Positions 24,901-36,800 of a DNA stretch of 64,000 bases are shown piece by piece. The first letter of the stretch is position 1; the number at the start of each line of letters is the position of its first letter. This stretch comes from Acanthaster planci. Taxonomy: Eukaryota. The notes beneath the pieces were generated by a model, which had not been told where the DNA came from, did no database searches, and saw nothing but the letters and a program-made list of their open reading frames with translations. The stretch spans positions 2,453,920 to 2,517,919 of the forward strand of contig NW_019091357.1 of NCBI RefSeq assembly GCF_001949145.1, written 5' to 3'. The position numbers and the translations under genes are program-made.

Positions 24901-27900
24901 NNNNNNNNNNNNNNNNNNNNNNNNNNNNNNNNNNNNNNNNNNNNNNNNNNNNNNNNNNNNNNNNNNNNNNNNNNNNNNNNNNNNNNNNNNNNNNNNNNNN
25001 NNNNNNNNNNNNNNNNNNNNNNNNNNNNNNNNNNNNNNNNNNNNNNNNNNNNNNNNNNNNNNNNNNNNNNNNNNNNNNNNNNNNNNNNNNNNNNNNNNNN
25101 NNNNNNNNNNNNNNNNNNNNNNNNNNNNNNNNNNNNNNNNNNNNNNNNNNNNNNNNNNNNNNNNNNNNNNNNNNNNNNNNNNNNNNNNNNNTTCATGGTT
25201 GGTTATTTAAGCATTTTTTAAAACAAATTTTTGCCGTAAGTAAATCTTGGGTTTACAAATTTAACAGAAAAACCCATGCAGTGAAATATGAAAGCACAAC
25301 GAATACCTGAAGTCCAAGTTTGTGGTCAAAAACCAGAGCCAGGTGAAACCAAGACCCCTTTGGCACCTCGTTGTTGGCAACAATCGCCTCACCGAAACAT
25401 TTTGTGGATGTACAGACTTTCAACCTGTAGGAATGGTCTGTTGCCGACTGGTAAAACGCAATACCGTGGGAAGACGAGCTCCAACCTCCGGAACTCAAAA
25501 AGAACCAATCGGAAGTCAGCGGGCCCGGTTCAAAAGCAAATACCCAGAGGGCGAAGGTCAACCCGCATGAGCAAAGCTCCAGGGACGATATGCACTCTCC
25601 GTCGAAGGCTCCAAGATCCAACGCGCTGTCGGTGCCGCTCAAGACGGCACAGGCGTGACCTACGACGGCCGGCGCGTCGATGTAGGTCACGCGACCCACC
25701 ACTCGCGACTGTCGATCGCTCTCGGTCGAAGGGAAACTATGATTGGAGACAGAGGAGCAGGAGATGGGATCTTGATGGTCGAGGTTTGGTTCCCCGCTCA
25801 GCTCCCAGAACTCCAACAGAACAGGAACTGGAGGCTCTAGAAATAAATAAGAATAGTAACCCATAGGCCCTAGCTAGCTTGGCCGAGACGGGCTTCCAGA
25901 GCTACGGCTAGGTGTATTGTCTCTACGTCTCCATGTATTTCCAATTGAGCGAAGACCTAGACTTAGCTCTAGACAACAGATGCGGATGAAACCTTTAGCC
26001 ATTTGTTACTTCTGCCATCCCTTCTATTAAGTTACAACCCCTGGTCAAAAGGGGACCAGTACCTGTTACTCTTTGATTTATCAGTTATCGACGATTGATA
26101 GAGAGGTTACGTGAGGGTTCTTGCCTACCGTCTTACTGCAGTAACAGGCATCAGTAACAAAATGGCAATACCGTTGACAAGCTTTAAACGGCCCTGCTTT
26201 GCTGTTCTTTTATCAGAATCAGTACAGCTATGGAACGCTAGTGTACCGGAGGGGGTACCATCTTATCTATGGAGGTACTGAAACCGTTAAACAAAATAGT
26301 AAAAATTAAATGATTAAAACTGCATCGACTTCATAGGAAACTCCCGACCAACTTACTTGCAAGGGGCTGAATCGTTTTCACAGCAATGGTGATGCCATCC
26401 CTCGCAAGGCAGACAATGGTCTTGTCTGAGTAGTCACTGCAAAGAAAGTCGACGATTGTCAAGAGGGATGACTTGAGGTCCGGGCGTGAGCTGTCCACCA
26501 CGACATCAACGGCTGCACCCGCTGTAAACACTACAGCAGCCCAGGGGTGGGCCAGATCGAGCCACGCCCATTCCAGGCTGAGATCGGCTGAGATGGGTTG
26601 ACCGCCGGTGGCGCTGCACTCCAGGCGAACGACAGTGTCGTTCGGGGAATGAAGTGGTCGGAGATTGACTGTTACGTCCGTGACTGTGAAATGAAAAAAA
26701 AAAATAGGATGGGGGTACAGAGAGATCAAGTGTAGCAAAACAGAAAGCTTAGACATAAAGATCAGAAACTGGGGAGGTGTGGAATGACACGATTGCCGAC
26801 AAATGTTGACAGCATTATACTCTGTAACCAACTGGATTCTTAGTGTTTAACATCGGCCAAAATATCAACTGCATACGCCTTCAGGTGATTCTTCCCCAAA
26901 CCTAAATACAGGTCAAAAGACGAGTGCCTACTGCAGCCTTGGTTGTGTTTAGCTGCCTCACATCTTTATGTCTCAGTCTAATTACAGAGATTTATACCGG
27001 TATGGTTCAAGCTTCAGGATCATGGAGTACCAAAATGCAAGTGAAAATTTCAGACATTACCTATAGAATCCGGGCATCTGTAACGCACTTCGAAATCTGG
27101 ACACGATCCGGTGTTATCTGCGTGCTGACAGCGGAATCCATTGGCATTACAGAGATACGGAACCTCGGGAACGAATCCACTAGCCAGCAGGTCTTGCTTG
27201 GTCGTCTTCAGGCGACATTCTGCGCCTACGGGCTGGCTGCTGCATAGGTCAGGGTACGCCTTGAGGACAGAATAAATGCAAAATTCATTGTAAGTATGGA
27301 CCTCCAGACGACATGTTGCACCCGTGACGTGGATGCACAAATAGATTTTCAAGATTTACCCTGGAGTCAACGGCGCGGGGATTGACATCGACACATATCG
27401 CCAAATATGGTCATAACTTTTTCTCAATGGGCCAACTTTGAAGAGATATTTGTAATCTTCACCCCAGCTAGGCATACACCACAAGCCTGTACACTCCTAT
27501 TGGCCAGAGAGCAACCACTGCCCAGTTAAAATTCTGGAAAGATCAGCCACTCCAAGGAGCTCATATGGTCGCTATCAGGAACTGGATCTCTTTGTTCACA
27601 GACATGTGCTGACTTCTACTTCTACAGCAGCATAATGAAATATAGTTAGAGGGGAGCTGAAGGATTTATTAGCTACCATAAAACAGTCGTACAGAATCAG
27701 GCATGACTGGGAACTGACCCGGTGATTAGAATATCCACGTGGTGACAACAGCCTTAGTTTTGGGGCATGGCTGCCCCGAGGGTTTATAAGGGTGACACGC
27801 TGTGCCTGTATATTTAGAATAGGCCTGAACATTCTGAACATTGGAATGGAAACAATGTCCTTGATGTGATGCTCAATGTGATATGATGATATCCAGCACC

Positions 27901-30900
27901 TGTGGCTTGGCTCAGAGAGATTTGCATACAGCTTGTGGGCATGGTCAAGTAACGGGAGCCTCAAGACGACGCCCAGGGGCAACAAGCCGGTAGCAAAAAT
28001 CCGAACATATACCAAAGCTGAATGAACCCTTGTGCACTAACCTGCTTCAAGTGAGTAGCCAAGGTTTCATCCTCCACGGATCCGTCAGGGTCCGAAGCAT
28101 CATACCAAGGCGTCCAACGAAAGCGGGCTGACAAAGGCAAACGGTTAGAAGGTGTTATGAATGGAGTTTGCAACAGATACGTTTATAGAATCCACATGCC
28201 GTATGCATCTGGTTTTTATAAACGTACATGTGACAACTGCCAAACGCCATCTTGGATCCATCAATTGCCTTGATCGAATAAGAATGGGCTTACCCGCTCA
28301 CTATTTATATACTTACGTTGTGGACACTGGTATCGAACTTCGTAGTCGTAGCACGTGCGTGTGTCGTCTACGCTCTGATCAGCACCGAGACACTCCAAAC
28401 CTGATGTTAACGTGCAGTTGATGCTCAGTAGCTGCCCAGTCTCATTGGACGGTGTGCTGTCATAGACTGTACGGCACTGGATGTCTTCGGGATACTGGCA
28501 GAGCATTTCATAGCCCTGAAAAAACGCGATGAAAGACGAGACGCGGAGTTAAAGGCGGGAAATTGAAAGAAAAAGCACGGTCCATTTCTTGGATTGTCTG
28601 TGCCCCCGTCAACTCCTCCTTAAAGCACCCCCGGCACTGAAATTTTCAAACTGCGACACGGGAACACAGACGATATAGTCTGACTTGACTCAGGGGGAAC
28701 TCACAGCCTCATTTGAGGCGGGGCGTCGGTATAGATTTAGAGACATAAGATCACGGGTTAAATTTTCAAGAAACACCGACTATCATCATTCAAGACTGGT
28801 GTACGTTTATAGATATTAGTAGACTACAGGTGGGATGAACTCAATCCTTCCCAGACATGTACCTGTTGGTGTTGGATTAACGTCTCTCTATCGTCACCAT
28901 CTGCTGGGCTATCAGCGCTCAACCACGGCGTCCAGTATGAATCACCTGTAGGGGACGGCAAACATCGGCAGTTTGCAGTAAGTTAAGTTCATTTTAAATG
29001 TCACAGATCGATTTATTTTTGACAGCGTGACTACCTACGNNNNNNNNNNNNNNNNNNNNNNNNNNNNNNNNNNNNNNNNNNNNNNNNNNNNNNNNNNNNN
29101 NNNNNNNNNNNNNNNNNNNNNNNNNNNNNNNNNNNNNNNNNNNNNNNNNNNNNNNNNNNNNNNNNNNNNNNNNNNNNNNNNNNNNNNNNNNNNNNNNNNN
29201 NNNNNNNNNNNNNNNNNNNNNNNNNNNNNNNNNNNNNNNNNNNNNNNNNNNNNNNNNNNNNNNNNNNNNNNNNNNNNNNNNNNNNNNNNNNNNNNNNNNN
29301 NNNNNNAAGAAAAACAGTTCGAGGAGCAGAAATCGGTAAATGGTGAAACTCTTGCCGAATGGTCCAATAAAGGGAACTGTGGTTGTGTTACAAGATATCT
29401 GAAATCATCATTGACATACAAATTATGCGTTTTTATCGATCAATCTCAATACGTAAAAAAGCTTCAAACGTCATTAAATAGTGACTCGTACCCGAGGTTT
29501 CTTGAAGATATGCGTTTTGGACTTCTGTTTCGTTGAAAGCCTTGTAAAACATCTTGAAATTGCTGAAGTCTCCGTCAATCAGTTCTAGTGGCCACCCACT
29601 TGGATCGTTGTTTCTCGAAAACATGACGACATCGTCATAATTCGAAGCAGAACTGCCCCCGATGTCGACTGTGTCGGTGGACTCAACGAAAACACCGTCC
29701 TTGTAATAGTTTGTTCCAACCCCCGGCTCGTAGGTGAAGGAGTGGTGCGTCCAATGATCGTCGGGGAAGTAGCTCATTACGTTCAGTCTGAAAGCCTGTG
29801 AAGTAACGAAACCCCTAACATCAAAAACGAGATAGTCTCCTAAGTATAGTGCCAACCCCCTCGCCTTTGAAGCATGACCACCGGTCGACATTATGATAGT
29901 TGTAGGAGTGAATGCTGGCGTTCTATTCCTCATCCAGAATGTCATAGTAAAGCCCGACGTGCAGCAAACAGGCTCGGAGATGCATCTGTCGTTACCTGAT
30001 CCGTAGTTAATCCAACCTGCCTTCTGGTTCCTGACGGCACACAGGTGATCCGACGAGTCGAAGCTGTCGGTGACATCAAGGGTGCCACCTATGATGCCCG
30101 TCATGCCACCGGCAGTGGGGTAGATGGACGACACAGTACCTACACAGGTCACGGGTTCATCAGCGTCCACCGACGTCTTGGTGCTCATGTCCCAGTGGAA
30201 ATGGGGCTCGGGCAGGGCATCTAGAAAACAAAAATCACAGATACAACATGGCAACTAACTCGTCAATCCGTCAAAGGCTGAGCCCGAAAGTCTTTGCTGG
30301 GGCTGGTCGTACTGTACCTGCTGTACAGAAGAGTCCGCTAGCGCTCGTCGGTGACTTCCATAATATACCTGCATTATTGCAAGGCGAAGCTAAAACATTC
30401 CGAAACAACCTGAAGGCCGGTTCATACTACTGGCTGGTGCTTTTACACGAGAGACACCTTACACCAGTACACTGGTATGAATTAGTAAGGCACAAAGAAA
30501 CACAAAGTCCATTCCAGAAAGGGTAGTCACTGGCAAAGCTTGCCCCGAATCATGGAGTATGGCAACAGCCTCTTTACACGATTCTACAGTACATGTAATG
30601 CTATTGAAATTAAACTAGCAAAAGGCTTGTTGAACTGTGTTTAATTTTAACAAATTTGGCCGAGGAAATATTTCATATGATGTTGCACATTCGGCTTTGT
30701 GTTTGTTTTTGCGCCAACTATGAACCGGCCTTTAAATGTGGACGCCAGTAAACGGTTTGTTCAATTTTTGAACAGACGAAAGAGACATGTCCTTTCCTTT
30801 TCATGGCATGGTGAATAAAATCTGGAGTATTTATCTTGATGTTGTTTTCACCTTCAAGATGCTTCCTGTTAGTTTTAAAGAGGACAGTAAAGGGAAAAAG

Positions 30901-32017
30901 GATAACGAGTGTGTGATTTTCACCTCCAGGGGTCGGGCACTGGAATCTTATCTCGTAATCCAGACATCTTCGCGAGTCGGCTTGGTCGGCGTCTCGGCAC
31001 AGCAACCCTCCGGTAGGAGAACAGCCGGTGACCAGCGTCTGCCCTGCAGTCACGTGGTCGGCGTGTAGGAATCGAACCCGGCAGTTGGCGTGAGTAGGAG
31101 TGGGGCACACGGCGGGATGCACCTGCACAGAGTTACGATATTTGCATTTGTGAGAGAGATGTAAACCGTAGGAACAGTCAAAACCGCATCAAGTGCGATG
31201 CGGTCACCATGATAATGTGTTGAGGGGGAAAGCTCATGTNNNNNNNNNNNNNNNNNNNNNNNNNNNNNNNNNNNNNNNNNNNNNNNNNNNNNNNNNNNNN
31301 NNNNNNNNNNNNNNNNNNNNNNNNNNNNNNNNNNNNNNNNNNNNNNNNNNNNNNNNNNNNNNNNNNNNNNNNNNNNNNNNNNNGAAAGCTAACAAGTTGA
31401 CACGAAAAGACCGATAGAGAGTAAAAGCCGACAAATGAACACACTCCTCAAGATTAGAGTCCAGATCAAACTGTTTCAGGGTTGCTCGTCAACGGTAAGC
31501 AATGGCGTCCAGCCTGGGGACTGTGGGATTTTGAAACAATGGACTGACGAACAAACAGACCGGCAGCGCCCTATACACGACAAGGAGAGCGACTAACCAC
31601 TCGGACCGCTGCATGAGTTTCATCGTCAGTTCCGTCGGTGGGGTCGTCCACGTTGTACCATGCCGTCCAGCTGGTGGGCGGGACAGTGGGAGGCATCGGT
31701 GATTCTGAGCGAAAAATACGATAGGATCAGGCGTATGGCGTAGCGGCGTATCCAGCTGTCGGCGTTGAGGGGCTACAAATGCGAATGTATAGCTTCGGGC
31801 TTATGCAACATGATGTTGGGGGAGAAAAATATATCAAAAGCCTAACTCAAAAATCCGTGAGGGGGGCAAGTTGCCCCTGTCCCCCCCCCCCGGCTGGATA
31901 CGCCATTGATTGAGTCGATACTGCTCGTTCGATACTACAGTAGATATAATCGAAAAGATCTGTGGACTCACCGTCAACACACTGGCCACAGACGCCCTTC
32001 ACGCCAAGCAAAACCAC
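21995..32017 (-). CDS. Paralog B: type I membrane protein (SP)-WxxW-LamG-[Ig in gap]-WxxW-WxxW-Ig-LamG-[gap]-Ig-Thr-rich stalk-TM-cytoplasmic tail; first coding exon not identified
   Basis: Exons 32017-31972 (VVLLGVKGVCGQCVD), 31704-31598, 31122-30924, 30220-29492 (LamG), Ig exon lost in gap 29040-29306, 28945-28863, 28515-28317, 28127-28042, 27259-27061, 26683-26357 (Ig), 25836-25307 (second LamG: GLTFALW...SWFHLALVFD, remainder in gap), 24087-23764 (Ig), 23343-22981 (Thr-rich), 22860-22765, 22579-22492 (TM LAWLVPVGVCLVLLGIPAAFVC), 22217-21995 (tail, stop). Phases agree wherever both flanks are sequenced. Confidence 0.85.
24221..25191. other. Assembly gap inside paralog B (other gaps: 29040-29306, 31240-31383, 36302-37031, 49950-50142)
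   Basis: Runs of N. Confidence 0.99.
27359..27782. mobile_element. 424-bp insertion with TTTA target-site duplication and CCCT...AGGG ends (piggyBac-like non-autonomous element)
   Basis: Present in an intron of B (TTTA at 27355-27358 and 27783-27786). The homologous site in C is empty with a single TTTA (39210-39213). Confidence 0.7.
29492..30220 (-). CDS. LamG/ConA-like domain exon 1 of paralog B
   Basis: 729-nt exon, near-identical to 14712-15440. Confidence 0.85.
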
Positions 32018-33818
32018 CTGCAACACAAGGAAATGTGGGGTGCTCATAAATCAAAGTGTTCAGTCACAGGTTTGTTCGTTGTGTTCAACGCGCTTTGCAA
32101 AACCAGTGGGCTCTACCAGATGTAGTTGGGGGGAAAAATGCCCAAAATAATACCAAATCTATGTTTGTCAGAAGGTATTTAGGACGTTTGTTGAAAACAT
32201 TTTGAAGTTACGGAGGATGTTGGAGTTTTCAAAACTAGTAGATTCTACGTCATTGCTACAAAGAACGGAGATATCTCGAGGCTGAAGATCCCAACCCGCC
32301 CCTTCAGTTTTCCGAAGCTTCATCGAGACTGGTAACCTATCCGGAAAGTGCTGCAGCGAACAACTTTCGTTAATTAATGCGATACAAGAATATACTCACA
32401 AGCAAAACGACTGCACGTTTTCCGTTCATCTTGTTCAAAGCTCACCCTAGAACATCGCGGTTGACAAAGGCTGTGGTTGCTCAGAGCGGATCTGTCATGT
32501 TTGTCGTCACCTCGACAATGTTCTCCAGATGAAGGATACGTTCAACGCCGCTTCGGCTTGCGTTACGCTGGCGTGATATTGCTGGCCACGCTCTTCACCC
32601 CTGAGACGCGGCAGAGACTGCCGGGCGAAAACGAAATTGCCCGTTTCCCATTGATTGTTGCCCGCCTTTCTGATTAATTACTGGGTGAAGAGACGAAGAA
32701 ACGCGCAACATGGAGCCCTGGATAGCGAGGCATTTTTTAATGCGAGCGGAATTTGCTTTCTCATCGGTGCGTACAACCGGTTTATTGAGGTTGTAAGTGA
32801 AGTAGAATCCTCGACCAGCGAGTTTTGAATACACCTCGTAGTTTTGGCTACTTAGTGCACCGTTCACCGCTTGAAGGGGTTGTCATACCCCTTCAGCAGC
32901 TGACCAATTTTCACGCTACAAGGCCAACTTGAAAATAGATCACGTAAAAAATTCCTGAATTGGTTGTTGAATTGCTTAGAACGCAAGAGAAAGAATCAGA
33001 GATTTCAAGAATTCCAGTAGAAAAAAATGAAATTCATTTAAATTTGACAACTGAAATAAACACACCGAGTGACTGCACAATTTCTGTCCCGTTTGATGTC
33101 ATTACTATTCCACTTTCTATTTCCTCAGATGATGAAAATAAACATTTAACACTGCAAAATCAAACTGCTATCTTTCGACACAACTGCCGACATTAAAAGC
33201 TAATTTAGGAACTAAAACTGAATCGAAACAAAATTCTAAGAATAGGATGAAGTTTTCAAACTTAAATGTTTTTCAACAAACTATTACAAACTGTCCTGGA
33301 AAACCAAAAGCTTATTTCAAAAGCTCCCAATTCGTTGACGCAACAGGTGTTTTACGAGTTGCGCAGTTGTGCAACAACGAGACATGTACATGTACGCACG
33401 TGTGAACTTGGATGAACAATAATGTTCGACGCATCTCATCCTCTAAAATTAGCTTAAATTTTGGAGTGAATGCGGCTGTTCTCCATTTCTCTGCTTTTTG
33501 TTTCCCAGTTTTGGGGTGTGTGTTTGGCGGGGGAGGGGTGTAAAATCCCCAAAGTACACGTCACTAAGTCCGTAGACTATGCTCTAACACTAGTTTTCAA
33601 GAGTCAAAATATATACACACATGTAAGTCAAATTTTTCTATGGCTAAAGAAATTTTTACACTATCATTCTGTTGACTTCAAGCGAAACATTGAAACATTA
33701 AAAATTGAACAGGAATAATATCACTAACGGTTTGCACTTAAATATCATGACAATGAACATTCAAAATTACCAATGGACCGACTCTTATGAAATAATGTTT
33801 TAAGAAAAGAAACTGTAG

Positions 33819-36800
33819 TTACATGTTATTTTCAATTGACTCAGCAAGGTCTACGGGGCCACTGACCTTATGAACCTCCACCATCCCAATCATCGGCTGA
33901 GTGGGTGTAGAAACGGGCGTGGCTTTGGGTGGGGTCATGGGCGTGGCTCCTTGGTACCGTGGCTTGATGAGCTTGGGCTTGGGCAGGGCGACTCCTTTGT
34001 TCTTGAACATCAGGCGGTCCAGCGCGTGAACTGAATTATCCCTAGAAAAAGAATAGTTTAAGAGAGAATCAGAGTATACTGACATATTTGCATCTGTTTG
34101 CCAGTACCCCTAAAAGAACTGGTTTTGTTGAAGATATAAAGCCTTTCCAATGACGGGGTCAAATCATTGAGGATGTTCCAAAAGTAATTGTTCATCAGGA
34201 AACAATAATCGTGATCATTCGGCGCCATTTTGTTTCATTTTATTTTCTGTGTCTGTACGACTATGCGCAACAGAACGATAAGTAACGGACCGCCATCTTA
34301 CTTCTTGCAAATGTAATGACAGACGAAAGCTGCAGGAATGCCGAGTAGAACGAGACAAACTCCGACGGGTACCAGCCAAGTCAGTTTGCCTGCAACCGAA
34401 TTGAAAAAACCACATGCAGTTTGGGATAAGAATAATGGAACCCGACTAAGCGACGATTCAGAGCGAGCATTTGTGCTGGGAACTTGAACAACCATTCTGA
34501 GCTGCTGAAGTGGAAATTAGGATGGAAGTTCGATAGCAAGATAATAATACTAAATTATCAAATCCCCTGTTCCTTTTTATCATTTACATAACTGAGGTGC
34601 ATCTCCTTAAATTTGTTTCTGTCCAAAACTCACTTTTCTTTTTCTGTTCAGGTTTATCCACCAATTCCTTGTCGTCACCATTATCGTCTGGCTGTTCTGC
34701 TATGTTAGGTTTTAGGGTCTCAATATCGTCTGGAAGGAATAACTAAAAAGATTTAGGGGAAAAACCACATTTGTTTGGAATTTAAGAAAAATGAGCATTT
34801 GCTGCCGAGAGAAGGAATGAACAATATTGCTGATGATTTGCCACGTACCAGGTGGGCGGGAACTGCTTTCATAAGCAGGCATTGTCGTTTCTATGGTAAC
34901 AGTTGTTACCTCTCCATCTCTAATCTCCTCTGTAGTCGGGTCAGATGTCAACCTGAGGCTGTCTGTGTACCTCTCGGTGATCCTGCCCGTGGGAGACAAT
35001 GACATTGTCATCTCTGCTGCCCGGTTACTTGGCGCCTTCGAAGTGTCAGTTAATAGGACCATCTCTGGAGTACCCGTCTGTCTGTTCTCCGCTGGCGTCG
35101 TCGGCATATCATCTGCCCAAGGTTGCTTGAAAGAAACGGTGGGTGTGTGGCCCTCTGGGCTGGCTGTTCGTGCCAGGGTGCCGCTGGCTGTGGTTTCTTC
35201 CAAATCTTGATTAAAGACGCAGAGTGCAAAGAAGTTTCAACCAAAGGTCATGCCCTCACCTTCATTTTGACAAAATAGTTGTTGTTAAATGAAGAACTAT
35301 ATTCCATCAGACGTCACTGATTACGATGAGCACTGTAACATCATAGCAAAGATAGCAACTGTCTGAAGTTGTAACCAAGGGCCAATTTCATAGAGCTGCT
35401 TAAGCACAAAAGTGCGAAAAAACCTTACTTGATATATCAGGTAACCAGCCAAAACTCCATGTAATGTATATTGTTTTGGGATTGTATTTAACTGTTTGTG
35501 GTTAGCATAACAATTAGATGGAGTTTGAGCTGGTAACCTTTGTTTATTTCCCTCTTAAGCAGATTTTGTGCTTAAGCAGCTCTATGAAATTGGCCACTCT
35601 GCAGGTGGTTGTGAAATCGAGTTAACAGATCGTGCAGTATTTTGAAATGTAAGCCTCGGACAGGTCGAGATGAAATGTCATTAATAAAACAACTAGGGCA
35701 ATCACTGGTCCGAGTATGGTATTAACTGAGGAATATAACGTCTTTCCCTACATAACTCAAAGATCTGCTACTCGTACAAGTTGTAATTGGTGTCACAGTG
35801 ATTAGGATATAACAATTACAACAACGCCAAATAAACAGATACCCACCTGAGCTTACTTGCACTGTAGCAATGCCTAACCCACGGTTAATGGAACAGGTAT
35901 ACGTGCCATAATAATCCGCACTAAATGAGAAAATAATCAGACGGTATTCGCCGGTGGTAGTCGAAGTCGCGAGCGCCGTCGAGTTGAATTTGCCGCCCTC
36001 TGTCGGCACGAGTAGTTCACCCAGAGTCGTGCTATCTTCCGAAGATAGCTGTCTGTGGTACCAGTCGACGCTGTAGATTCTGTCGCCGGAGACACGACAG
36101 AGAAGGTGAAAGGTCTGCCCGAGGACGGCGTCGCCAGTCGATTTAACTGTCACGTTACCGACAAAGCGGGCTGAAAGCATGCATTATAGAAAATAGCAAC
36201 GTTAATGATTATCGATGTGACGAAACCCCTGCTCTACTGCGTGATATCACTTTAGTTGTTAGAGAATTTATCCTCACATTCCTTTGTAGAAAAGCTGTAT
36301 TNNNNNNNNNNNNNNNNNNNNNNNNNNNNNNNNNNNNNNNNNNNNNNNNNNNNNNNNNNNNNNNNNNNNNNNNNNNNNNNNNNNNNNNNNNNNNNNNNNN
36401 NNNNNNNNNNNNNNNNNNNNNNNNNNNNNNNNNNNNNNNNNNNNNNNNNNNNNNNNNNNNNNNNNNNNNNNNNNNNNNNNNNNNNNNNNNNNNNNNNNNN
36501 NNNNNNNNNNNNNNNNNNNNNNNNNNNNNNNNNNNNNNNNNNNNNNNNNNNNNNNNNNNNNNNNNNNNNNNNNNNNNNNNNNNNNNNNNNNNNNNNNNNN
36601 NNNNNNNNNNNNNNNNNNNNNNNNNNNNNNNNNNNNNNNNNNNNNNNNNNNNNNNNNNNNNNNNNNNNNNNNNNNNNNNNNNNNNNNNNNNNNNNNNNNN
36701 NNNNNNNNNNNNNNNNNNNNNNNNNNNNNNNNNNNNNNNNNNNNNNNNNNNNNNNNNNNNNNNNNNNNNNNNNNNNNNNNNNNNNNNNNNNNNNNNNNNN

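Noticed and set aside
24156..25310. Long ORFs of 341-384 aa (also 36256-37050, 29027-29536, 49827-50187)
   Set aside because: They consist of X residues translated from N gaps.
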